A stretch of DNA of 64,000 nucleotides from Amoebidium appalachense (lineage: Eukaryota; Protista; Ichthyosporea), in assembly GCA_963693365.1 (NCBI GenBank), contig CAVNZM010000006.1, forward strand, positions 10,109,355 through 10,173,354. The letters are read 5' to 3'. This document shows positions 35,341 through 47,612 of the stretch, one piece after another; the first letter of the stretch is position 1; every line of letters begins with the position of its first letter. A program made the translations under genes and the position numbers. A model generated the notes under the pieces. It searched no databases and was not told where the DNA came from. It was given only the letters and a program-made list of their open reading frames with translations.

Positions 35341-36494
35341 CATTTACATATAGCTAACAATTTACACAAATTTACATTATCATCTAAACCTGTATCTATA
35401 GTTCCAGAATACAAATATCTTGGTATTCCGGTTAATTCTGTTGGTGTTATGTTTTCCCATATGGTCGAAAAGAGGGTAGAGCTGGCTCGTAAGCGGTTAG
35501 CTTTCCTCTCGGCTAATATTTTATAGACACGCCCCTCCATTTATTCGCACTTTTGTCTTCCCGGCATGTGAATATGGTTTACCCCTTCTCGCCGCTTGGA
35601 TCAAGAAAGAGAGAACTAGAGCGCTTAAACCCTTGGCAAATTTCCTTGAAGCAGAAGTTGCCTCCTTTCTATCTAACAACTGTTGTAAACCTGGGCCTGT
35701 AACACTCTCGATATATGGTCTGGTCCCAATAGCTGCTAGAGTATCCCATCTCGCGCTGAAATTCAGTAAGCACATAAGCCGCTTAAAGAAGTATTTGCCA
35801 TCCCACCCTCTCTTATCTATCCGACCTGTCCCCTCCTCACCTCTCCCCTCTTTCCTTCCCTCTCTCTCTCCTTTTCCCCCGGGCACAAATACAAATAAAC
35901 CCCGCAAAAGTGTGCGTGTGACTTTGGACTGCCACTTACTTATTAGACATGTAAACAATCACAGGAAAATTACGCAATATAACAAATGGAAAAAGATACC
36001 ACACGACACCAGACTCGATGAAAGCGTGACACCTTGAAAAACTAAGCCTTATGTCTCGTTTTATATACAATGACCGCCTTAACCATATTGCCAAATATGG
36101 CACTCGCAAATTTGTAACACCTAAATACATATTACCTTCCTGTAGAATTGGTCTTTCTCTAGCTGATGGTATTATTGATCACATACCACGCTTTTACTGT
36201 ACACGTGCTATACAGAGGAGGTCTAATAAGTATAAGGTGGCATCGTTTGCATGCCCAAACAACACACACACACACCAGTTTAAACGGTCATGTATCGCCA
36301 AATGTAGTTTGATAGACCACATAATACCGCAACACACACACGTCACATTCACAACAGACACCCAGAAAGATAGCCTACCTGAAAATTACAACATTCTTGA
36401 TTTTATACCAAACACTCGAAACTACGACCTGTTCATTAGATGTATCATCAGTGATTGGCTTGAGAAACACATCATTACAAAATTCTAGCGCGCG

Positions 36495-36552
<58 letters not shown>

Positions 36553-36793
36553 CACAACCACCTGATACCGAGTGTCCCAGGGGAGCTCGAAAAAAAAAAC
36601 AAAAAAAAACAAAAACAAACGGGGAACCCCAACTAATTGATTTTTCTTAGTCTTTATGGTGGCTCGTAGAGAAAGTAAACCCTGATATATAATCATCACC
36701 CGACAGCTATGTACGTGATCATGATAGACCAGTCTCAGGTATGGGGGTTTTTTGCTGGTCTCTGTTTGCCTCGAGTAAACAGCGTAAACCCCC
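35341..36793 (+). mobile_element. 5'-truncated, degenerate LINE (C-terminal part of the RT ORF), copy 2
   Basis: Translation from 35341 gives SIVPEYKYLGIP (late RT YKYLG motif), then RTFVFPACEYG and a Cys/His-containing C-terminus ending at 36488. Stops and frameshifts present; A-rich tail at 36589-36619. Confidence 0.8.
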
Positions 36794-37765
36794 AGTAGTA
36801 CCTGCACACTAGACACTTCGAGCGCGCACACGCTGGCCCACTGGGTCACACGGCTGCCAAATATCGCACCACCGGCCACAACAACAAAACACACACACAT
36901 ATGTACGCAGGCCTACGCACTTACGCACACACGAGGCTCACATACAAAACGCACACACACAACCCGGCACACACACGTGCACGTGCACACCGTATGCGAG
37001 ACTTTCTCTCTAATGGGGGAGAAAAAACAGCCCGGGCGTACGCGCATGTGTCGCCGACCACGTACACACACACACAAGAAGCATAGTGTCACATAAACGC
37101 AAACAAGCACTCAACGGCACACAGACGCACAGACGTTCACATGCACGTGTGTGCGCGCTCACCTGGCTGAGCGTGACACATGCATTTATTTCGTGAACAT
37201 TCTTGCATTCGCCCACGCAACGTGATGTTCACTACACACCCACACACTGTCGGTGTACACACACAAATACATTGGTGCCGTAGATATGCACACACACACA
37301 TGCACACACATAGACGCACACACGCACTCACACAGGCATACGCACACGCACACGCGCGCGCACACACACCCCGGCAGACACAGAGGCACATATTATGTGT
37401 ACTTGCACACGTGCGCGCGCGCCGGACACACACACCAGCGATTAAATGCTGCCCTAGTCAGATATGAAACGCCCTCAATTAACGAATGTAAGAAGTTGGT
37501 GCGTGGGGTTAAGATTTTGGGGAGTTAGGGAGTTAAAGGTGGGTGGCTGGCCCTACCAAGGGGGTGGTGGTGGTGGTGGGGGGAGGGGGGGGGGGGGGGG
37601 GGGGTGGGCACAACCACCGAAAATAGGTGGGTGGGTAGGTGGGGTGGGGAAAGGGGGGAGGAGGGAGGGGAGGGAGAGAACCCAGTGGAGGAGTTATGTT
37701 TGGGGCCTAGCAGCCACTCCCTCCTCATTCTTCCCGCGGAGCTCACCCCCTCGCTCCTCTCCCCC

Positions 37766-37796
<31 letters not shown>

Positions 37797-38033
37797 ACAC
37801 ACACGCACACACACACAGTTGTGCCACTGCACTGATTAGAGTTGCACATGTGAACAGGTGGGCAAAAGAATACTTTAGCAGCCGCTAGGTTTTATAGGTG
37901 GGACATGCTCTCAGATGAGACATAATATCTTGAACTTTACCGTTATCAAAACTTAGACCGTTTACAGTGTTAGGTCATTGTACCTCTCCCAAGGCCCTTT
38001 AGTATCATCTGCCTTCGTAAATGTCCACTAAGC

Positions 38034-38069
<36 letters not shown>

Positions 38070-38392
38070 ACCAACACACACACACACACACACACACATA
38101 CACACACACACTCCCTCCCACAGAAATAAACAAAAAACTTGGTGTGAAAGTGCACCTGAAGGGTGAAGTTCGTGAATGGGCACCACAAGTGGCATCTCAG
38201 AATGTTCATTCGTGTTAGACTTACAGGGCCTCGTAATGACTCAGACTTAAAGTTTTTTCTACTTTAAAAACACATGTGTTTTGCCTCGTGGTACCTAGGC
38301 TCAAACCGTAGTACACACCTGCAATCACAGTATTGTAACAGGCACAGGAAAAAGATGGCACGTGTACTACGCCAATCAAGCCTGCAGCCCCG

Positions 38393-38435
<43 letters not shown>

Positions 38436-38507
38436 GAACCTGCTAGCATTGAGCCCAGACCCCCCCCCCCTCCCCCCCCCCCAACACACACACACACAAA
38501 AAAAAAA

Positions 38508-38543
<36 letters not shown>

Positions 38544-38847
38544 GGGGGGGGAGGGGGGGGGGGGGGGGGGGGGGGTAAAGAAAAAAGACAGCGTCTATGG
38601 AGTACATACGCTACAATTACACCGGCTACAGCCTGCGGCATGCGCAGCTTGCCCACTCGAATGACTATTTTCCTAGCTGACTACAAATCCACCGATTCCT
38701 GGGTGGGCAAGCACCTGCGAATTCCCTTTCACATCAATCCCTATTGCAGTTTGCATGCACGTGGGAGCCATGCACGTGGGTTCCATATTTTGCACCTTAC
38801 TGTAGCAACAGTTGGGACCTCATGCCCCGTCGGGTGGTGGTGTCCAT

Positions 38848-39936
38848 TCATGGCCGGTGAAGGGGCTGCACCAGAGGGGCCATAGGGCGTGCCCCACACC
38901 CAGGTTGTGTATTGTGTGGTGCCCGGTGGGGGTAGGCCATGGGGTGGGACGTCTTTGGTGAAGCCACAGGTATATTGAACTGGCTCGTATTTGATCGGTA
39001 GTGGCCGTGGGCTGATGCACACAGTTGCGAGGAAAATGATTGGGCGGGAAATGAAGGACCCGCAGCCGATTGGTTCCTGAAAGGTGCACCTGTTGCCATG
39101 GGAATGTTGCAGAGTGCTGCTTTTTCATTGGTTCTGTCGTTTTCTTCGTGACCATACATGGGTGCAGAGGGGGACGTGGCAGAAAACGCCGGGGCAGCCA
39201 TAGGCATGTCTGCATAGCTGGTCTTTCAGGGTGTGCAATGGGTGAGTGTTCGTATAGGGGTAAGGCGTAGGGCACGTTAGAATGGGTGGATGTGCATGCT
39301 GCTGGGGCTGAAGGTTCAATATTCCTTAGGCTTGGCTGGGGGCTGTGAGCGAAGGATGATAAACTTGCGTCAGAAGATTTTGTTGGTAATAATTGCGGCT
39401 GGCTTATGGTGGGTCTGCTGTGCGACAAGAACGGCGATTGGAATGTGTCTCTGGACGGATAGTTCGTTGCAGCCTGTGTGTGTGGCATGGTTGCGGTGTG
39501 CGGGATAGTGTGTAACCCCGACTCACTGATTGCACCCATCGTCACCACCTCCTGTCTATCATAGTAAACCCATAGGTCGCAGTGCACACGTATTCTCACA
39601 GTTCCGTACATCTCCCAATCCTCGGCAGTAATACAGGACAACACACGCCCTACGGCACACCCACCACCCATTATAATCTCCTCCGGAGTTGCTCCGTTTT
39701 GAAACGGGTGGCCAGGGATGGACAGTGCGTAGACGCCCTTAATTGCAGTTGTCTTAAATGATATGTCGTGCCATTTTGTGCGCACACGAAGTGTAAGCGC
39801 CTGGATGAAGTCGTATGGTGGGTCGATGAATACGACCTGCAACGTTTTATGCTTGTGATTAGTGCTCCAGACGAAACCCGGCCCACGGTTTACTTAAAGA
39901 AACAAAAGCAAATTGTCCAAACCCCCCCCCCCCCCT

Positions 39937-39972
<36 letters not shown>

Positions 39973-40347
39973 TCCCGTTCCTTGCTCCCGTCCCCTGCCC
40001 AAACATATACCCAGCTTCAAAACCAACACAGCCACATCCCCACTGCTGCTACCTGCCAGGGGCATCACCCAAGGCCCACCGGCCAAATGGTTTGAAACCG
40101 AAACAACTTCACTACCTTTAATTTCACACACCCAATCACAATCCCCCCCCCCCCCCCCTCCCCCTCCCCCCGAGCGGCAGCTCCCCCACCCCTTCTCTCT
40201 CCCTCTCTTTTCTTTCTCTCGCTCTCTCCCTTTCCCTCTCTCCCTCTCTCTCTCCCTCCCTCTCTTCCTTTCCCTCTATCTCTCTCTCACTCTGCCCCCC
40301 CCCCCCCCCCCCCCCTTCCCCCCTCTCTCTCTACTCTCTTTTATATT

Positions 40348-40395
<48 letters not shown>

Positions 40396-41204
40396 GCTCT
40401 CTCTCTCTTTCTCTCTTGAATATCAGCTTTCCCCCATCAATGTCGCCTTTCCCCCCCTCCCCTTCTTCTCCCCCTTAAAACTCTTTCTCTCTTGAATATC
40501 AGCTTTCCCCCCCTCAATGTTGCCTTCCCCCCTCCCCTCCTTCTCCCCATTAAAACAGATAGGGCGAGAGAGAGAGGGTAGGGAGGGAGGGAGGGAGGGA
40601 GGGAGGGAGGGAGGGAAAGGAAGAGGAGGGAGAGGGGAGAAATGCAAAGAGAAAGAGTGAGAGAAAAAGAGGAGAGAGAGAGAGTCGGGGGAGAGAGAGT
40701 GGGAGGGGGAGGTTTCACTATATACACATGTTTCTGTTTCTGTTTCTTTTTTCAATTCTGTCATGTCTCTTTTTTTCTTTTTTTTTTTGGGGGGGGGGGG
40801 GGGGAAGGGAGGGGGGAAGGAGGGGGGGGGGGGGGGGGGGGATCCAAACTGTGCCGTATCTCATAAAACTCGTTACCCCCCTTCCCTTCCCCGAAGTTCT
40901 CAATATCAGTTTTTCCTCTGTATCACTCTTCCCCTTTAATTGAATCAAACTGTTTGCCAACCACCCCCGTCCTATTAAACACCACCCCAACCACTTACCT
41001 TGCTTGATTTTCGATCCAGATAAGCAGAAAAGAAAGGTGGCGGAATGTTTGGAGGGTCCCCCATCAGGAACACAAGTGTGTCCGAGTCATCCCATGCTAT
41101 GACGTCCATGGGACTGGCCACAGAGAGGCTGTAGCCCAGCGTGTGCATTGTCGATAGGATGTTCACGAGGAGTCTGTTGGTAAGACGAAGAGTTGCTAAG
41201 CTTG
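38848..41204 (-). CDS. 3' half of a gene with a repeated uncharacterised alpha/beta domain and a PSAP/LPxY tail; 5' exons not found
   Basis: Exon 41204-40999 (ttgcag|..[36 protein letters not shown]|gtaagt) splices in phase to an exon from 39836 ([23 protein letters not shown]). A 1-nt frameshift near 39225 moves into ORF 39207-38848. Confidence 0.65.
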
Positions 41205-41247
41205 CTGCAAGATGAAACAGCATTCTCATACCCTTGCTCTCTATCTC

Positions 41248-41281
<34 letters not shown>

Positions 41282-41398
41282 TTCTCTCTCTCACACACAC
41301 ACATACTCACACGAGCACCTATACACTTGCATACTCCTGTTCACTGCGATGTACACACGGGGATGCACACACCCAACAGTCGCCCAAACACACAACAG

Positions 41399-42182
41399 GG
41401 AGGCTTTGGAAAGGCGTTGGTCCAACAGCCCCCTAAGACCCCATCCCACCCAGGATGACTGCTACACCATCAAACTACCACACCCGGGCACAGCCAAAAT
41501 CGAGTCAAAGATAAAAGGCCTTCAGTCGGCCCATGTGGAGATAGCGGTGTTGGCAGCCCAGATACTGCAATTACTATCTACACAGGGATACCACACAATA
41601 TCTTCATTGAAAATCGGACACAGGACGTCTCTTCGCGACACGTGGAATATCACAAATGCACCAAAACAATCATTTGGGGCTGTCCCCACTTTGGCATCAC
41701 GGAGCACATCAACTCTGAGCTATTTCCAAAATTCATGGGAATTTAACCCTACAAATCAACTTGGATATGGTAACTGGGGGGTCGATTTCAGTTGCGGGAT
41801 AAACATGGGGCGGGATAACATTTCAAATGGCGCCGACCTGCCTGCCTATGAATATGCAGTTCCCTCAGCACCACTGCCAATGTCGAACTTAACGCAAAAT
41901 GCCTATTCCCGCATGTGCTCATATTCATTGGGTGCTACGAGCCAACATTCCCGCGCAGAGAGCCAATCATCTTCGTCCTCCCCCAACATCCGCCAATCAC
42001 AAACAAGACAGAGCATATCTAGCCCCTCAGCACACCCGGTGGATGGATTTTCACGTGGCCTATCGTCCTTATCATTGGGCGGCTCACTCTCCACCAGCCA
42101 ATCAACTCTCTCGGGTCATGAACCGTTTGATATACCCCCACCGGCATATGATGACGAATATTCGGGGGGGGTTTTAAACTGA
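41399..42182 (+). CDS. Terminal exon of a related gene (same domain pattern; LPAY, PSAP and PPPAY tail); 5' exons not found
   Basis: cacaacag|G GAG GCT: EALERRW..CYTIKLPHP..IAVLAAQILQLLSTQGY..RDTW, open to TGA at 42182. Confidence 0.65.
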
Positions 42183-42505
42183 CCCCCACACCACAGCCAC
42201 GGACAGTGGGCTGGGACGATATTAACGGCTAAGGGCACATGCCAAGTTTAGATTCGGGTCATATTGGTTGATAGAGCTTGCCTGGCCGGCGCTAGAAGTG
42301 ATGGTTGTGTGTTTGTATTAGACATTGTCTTCAAAGAATTGAAAACTATCCCTTTGACAACTTATTATTCTTTCGTGAGTGATGAGGGTTGGAAGGGAAA
42401 GGAGGGTCGCTTTAGAATTGGCAGTGGCAGTTGGATAGGTCACTGAATGGGATGGTGCTGTGCCTTCTCCCCCCCCTCCCCCAATTTCCCTTCTTTTCCC
42501 TTTTA

Positions 42506-42536
<31 letters not shown>

Positions 42537-43371
42537 TTTATTTTTTGGGGGGGTGGGGGGGGGGGGGGAGGGGGAGGGTCAGCATTTCACTGATGACCGG
42601 CTACTTGAGCAATAAATGTAGTTTTGAGGTCATTCGTGGTGGTGGTGGTGTGTGCGCGCTTCGGACTGTCACTTTTCCTTATATATATATATATAAGTTG
42701 TGTGTGTGCGTGTGTGTGGGGAGGGGGGGGGGGGGGGGGGGGGGGGTGGCAGCCAAAGTAAGCAGATAGTATTCTTATTCAACCAACAGCGGTTGGCGAA
42801 AACTTGAGTAGACTTGGTGCGCAATACACTCGTGCCAACAATTAAATAACAAGCCTCTAAGGTTACCCCTTTACCCTCACACACCACAGCAAGATGGATC
42901 CTGCCGTACCCTGAGCACATACCAGTCCCCATATTTATTACTTGGCTGGCATACGAGGCATAACCATCATACACCATCTGATGCTGCATAGCTATGTTGC
43001 ATGTGATGTTGGTTCCTAGAAGGCTCTTTATAATGTCTATAATCATTAGGCTAAGAGCCAGCCCTATGCATCTATCCCCCCCCCCCCCCTCCCCCCCCCC
43101 CCCCCCCTCCCCCCCCCCCCCCCCCCCACCCCCACCCACCACCCCCACCCCTTTCTCCCCCCCCCAAAAAAATAACAAGGGGGGAAAAAAAAAAAGGAAA
43201 AAGAAAAGAAAAGAAAAGAAAAAGGAAAAAAAAACAAAAAAAAACACAATCCTATATGCAAGGAAACGACATAAGAGCCACTTATAGAGCCCCCCGCCCC
43301 CCCCCCTCCCCCCTCCCCCCTCCCCTCCCCCTCTCCCCCCCCCCCCTCCGTTTCAACAGGAAAAAACCACC

Positions 43372-44647
43372 TCAACCCATTGTTGATGTGCCTAGAAGCC
43401 ACCCGATTCCTCTTCGAAGTACAAAGTACATCGAATCCCGTGTCGTTTGCATAAACAACCAAGGACGGCCGCTTACATTTTCGTGGAAAAACCCTCCGTC
43501 CCCGCATTTTTCAGGGCCCCCTACCAGTCCGAGGTGCATTATTATGTCTGTGCATGTGATGAGGGGGATGTCCGATGGATATGGGAGCCGCCTTGAGATG
43601 TCGGGAACAATCAGAACAAGGGCTGGTGCTGTGGTGTTTGCTGCAAGAGCATGTTGAAACTCTGCGGAGAGATGGTTTTTTGTTTGGGTGGGTGGGTGGG
43701 GTGAGGGGGGGAGGGGGGGGGGGGTGGAAGGGATCGTGTGTGTATGTGTGTGTTTTTTTTCTTTTTTTTTTTCCTTTTTTTTTGGGGGGGGGGCGGGGAG
43801 GGGGGGGAAGGAGGAGAGCATGGGGAAAGGGGCTAAGATATATATATTGGTTAGTAAGTGGATGAGTAGGTCAGTGGCTGGGTGGGTGAGTGGGTGGGTG
43901 GGGGGTGGGGGGGAGGGGGGAAGGTTGGAATTTTTTTTTTTTTGGGGGGGGGGGGGGAGGGGGGGGAGGAGAAGGGGATGGGGGAGGGAGGGGGGGGGAG
44001 TAGGCAAAAGGAGGGGGAGGAGGAGGGGGGGGGGGGGGTAGGAACAGGTGGTTTTTAACAGTTGGTAGGACAGTTTTTAATGCTCAACTGGCCATCGATT
44101 CAGAGAAGGCACTATGAAGGCATACTATGTGTGCATTGAATAAGGGGGAAGGGGGGGGGGGGGGGGGAAGGGGGTGGGGGGAGGGTTGAATGCGGAACAC
44201 GGTAAGAAGTACGCATACACGAAGGACACATGCAAAGGCAAACATTCAAGTATGCAACATCAGCCATGCGCACAGTATGCCGGGGGAGGGGGGGGGGGGG
44301 GGGGGGGGGGGTGAATATTAAGCACGAACAGAGACAGTTTGTACACTTTTAATGGTACTTCAATTAATGAAACCGAGTTTTAAATGAATGGAGCGGGCAG
44401 AACGAAACTCAACCAGATAGATTTGCACCCACCTTCCATCTCCGTGTCTGTGGGCAGCCTGTCTGTGACGTAGATAAACCCGTGCGCCCGATGGCACACT
44501 GTGCGGGCACCGCCATTGGTGCATGCACTGACCAATCGCGAGCCAGAAATTTCTGACGGCCATCCCTGATTGGCCGTGCGTTCCGCATGGGTTGACGGAT
44601 AGAGGGCTACCATGTTGAGTCTGTATGTGTGCGAGCGAGAGGGGGAT

Positions 44648-44694
<47 letters not shown>

Positions 44695-44879
44695 CGGGGA
44701 GTTTTGAATAGAGGGTTGACATGCAGAAAGAACAGTGAAATACGAAGGTGTGAAGGGAGCAAAAACACAAAACAGACAAGCCAGAAAAATTGTGCTGACA
44801 CAGACACTCGTGCAGAGCTCACCATCGAGGAGGCATTTATGTGTGAAGAAAGAGCAGGTCCGGGAGGATGAGGTGGCAA

Positions 44880-44917
<38 letters not shown>

Positions 44918-46064
44918 GGAGAAAGTGAGGGGCCGGGAAGGAGGTGAGAGAAAGGGGTATGGGTGGATGATCGGAGGTCCGCCGTGTTTTGGTTAGGGAT
45001 GAGGGGTGATATTCTAATGTTGATGTGTGTGTGTGCGTCTGTCGCACAAACACGCACGCACACACGCACACACACGCACAAATGCTCACACACACACACT
45101 CACTCACACACGCACCCACGCACGGTGTGCACGTATGCACGCTCGCACCCGCGCACGAACGCACGCACGCGCACGGACGCACACGAATGCACACACACAC
45201 GCACGCACGCCCGTACGCACACACGCACACGTGCACGCATGCAGTGTGCACACACACAAGCAACATTTCCAGCCCCATACCAATGTAAATAGTGTTGTGC
45301 GGTACGTGGATTAATTCTCTTTTTTTGAGCGGGGGGAGGGGGGGGGGGAGGGATGTCAATGAGCAGAAAGGGGAGGGTGAAGCTACATATAAGGTAACTT
45401 TTTTTATGTGCACTGCCTACTGATTCAAGGCACGATGTTAAAAATAAGAAAAGAAAACGACATGAGACAGACAAAGCACAAAAGGCCATACCTTATGCCG
45501 CTGCATCGTACACTGAAGCCAGAGCCCACGCCCAAGTGGCCAGGAGTCATGCCGTCCACATGCTCAAAGGGGGACACCTGCATGGGTCACGTGACAGGGA
45601 CACCATATGATTGGTCAGTGGGTAAACAAGGTGACTGGTAGATTTGAAGTGTTTAGCCGGAATCATACGAAAGTATGCGCGACAAAGAAGGAGGCAGGTC
45701 AGGAAGGGGTTGGGTAATATTACAAGCATGAGTGGGTGTAGATCGAGCCTCAGAGTGGTAGTAGGGCGCCTGCATTCGGGTGTTGTACCTTACAGTGTGG
45801 TGTGTGCGTGTCCTTGATCAGCTGAAAATGTGTTTGTGCTCGCTAATGTGCTTGCATGTGTTTGTGCATGTGTGTGGCTGTGCCTCCATTCCCTCCCTCC
45901 CTCACCCCCCTCCCCACCCCCCTTGATCTTTATCCCCCCCTCCCCCCCCCCCCAAAAAAAAAAAAAAAAAAAAAAGAAGACGTAGTAAATACCATTATGA
46001 AAAATAAAGAAATACCTTGAAATAAACTACGGTTATGGTCAAGCCCCCGGTCACACTGCCCCCC

Positions 46065-46095
<31 letters not shown>

Positions 46096-47612
46096 CCCCT
46101 CGTGTTCCCCTTCAGATTGCTAATTTATCATGTAAAAAGCTGCCAATCGTCATGTAAAAAGCTGGCAAAGCAAACAATGAGCATACAGATATTTGGAAAG
46201 GAAAAGCGGATTAAACCGACACCCCGACTATGTCACAAACCCACCTCACGGTTCCAGAGCAGGTTTCGCACAAGCCCACTGCCATCCATGCCCGGGCCCA
46301 TCAAAATCACTGTGCGCATGAAGTTTGCCGTCCATTCTGGAGGCATCCAGAACATGCGGTTGGAAACGTGGAAGCCCGTTGCGTACCCCCACAACTGCAT
46401 GTACCTGTTGCATCACCACACACACAGTTAGCCAGTAAAGTACTCAGGCCACAACAGCGTGTAAGTGCGGACAGAGAGCCAGTGTTGCTAGAGGTTCTCT
46501 GTGTTGTGTGGGTGTAGGAAGCTAGCGGGAGGAGGCCCCCCCATCGGCGAGGCTGGGGTGTAAATCGTGCTTTAAATGTGTTCTGCATAGTAGTTAGGTT
46601 TGGTAACGGTGTGTTAGCTTAGCTGATGGCACCTTTAGCAACCTTACTAGGGTACAGTGGGTGCTGTGTGTAAGGCGGTAGTTCCTATTAGGGCCCCCTT
46701 GGGGGGTCCCTCCGGGAACAAAACGGGATTTGGGCAAAAAAAAAAAAAAAAAAAAAAAAGTAGGAAGATGCGAACTTGATATTTGATGAAAAAAGCCGGG
46801 ATCATCTGATGCTATAGAGTGCTGCATAGATTCTGCAAGGCTTAGCGTTTCCTATCATTTTCCGGCAGTCATCCTCCTTGCCCAGCTGCAGCACATCCTA
46901 ACACGTGCACACAGTGAACGTTTTTCTTTGGCTGTCGACGCAGGCAAGAACCCGTGGTAAAAAATCAACTGGATGGATGGGGCCCGGTATTATTATGGTG
47001 AGTAAAAGCCTAACGAGGTTAAAGTTGTATAACGCCATGTGAATACAAGACAGTTTGATCATTGCATGCAGCAGTTGCGCCGTGATGGGCACAGCATTAA
47101 TGCGCATGCTGCAGCATGGTTGAACCACAACTGCACATGCCTGCATTTGCTTGGTGCCGATACAGACGAATCTTCTTGCGATTTTTCCTGCGCCAACCGA
47201 AGCAGGTTCCTTATCTTCTGCATCACCCGGTCCATAGGTACCCCTTGCCCACAAACAGACATGACCCGCCAGCTGGGCTTGTCGTGAGCTATTTTGTGAG
47301 CCCAGAAATACTCGTCACGCAGAGCCATGTGCCACAGCCGGCACACGCTGGTTGCAGCCTGCAAGCTGCGCGCATCCAGATGGATGAAGATGGCGTGCAG
47401 AACGTCCACCTGCACGCAGATGGTATGTAATGGTATAAGTGACATGTATCTAATGGTTAGTACATTGGTTTGATACAAAACTTTCTACACCTGAATTCAA
47501 ACAACTGGAAGTGTTGCTGTACGTACGCGTATCATACCAAAAACTTGTGTGCGTACGTATGTCATGGCATCCACATGAAAGGCTGGTTACTTACCGGTAA
47601 CCCACAGTCCAT
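43372..47612 (-). CDS. FBXO4: F-box only protein 4-like (F-box plus GTPase-like substrate-binding domain)
   Basis: Exons 47612-47595, 47409-47141 (probable GC donor), 46404-46245, 45577-45492, 44620-44433 and 43661-43372 join in phase. F-box LPVDVLHAIFIHLDARSL..VCRLW..LRDEYFW. FBXO4-like motifs LMGPGMD, GVGSGF, LNMVALYPSTHAER, VCHRAHGFIYV, RPWL and GIGWLL. Confidence 0.85.
44183..44279 (-). repeat. R1 repeat, terminal fragment in the last FBXO4 intron
   Basis: GGGTTGAATGCGGAACACGGTA.GAAGTACGCATACACGA is the reverse complement of the end of the 11474-11651 copy. Confidence 0.8.
46522..46759 (+). mobile_element. Short retroposon R2 with poly(A) tail and 8-bp TSD, antisense in FBXO4 intron 2
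   Basis: GTAGGAAG at 46514-46521 and 46760-46767; poly(A) at 46736-46759; homologous to 29888-30080. Confidence 0.75.

Noticed and set aside
37439-38689. Plus-strand exon-like pieces as the missing 5' half of the 41399 exon
   Set aside because: They do not splice in phase without stops, and the last piece ends in its own stop codon.
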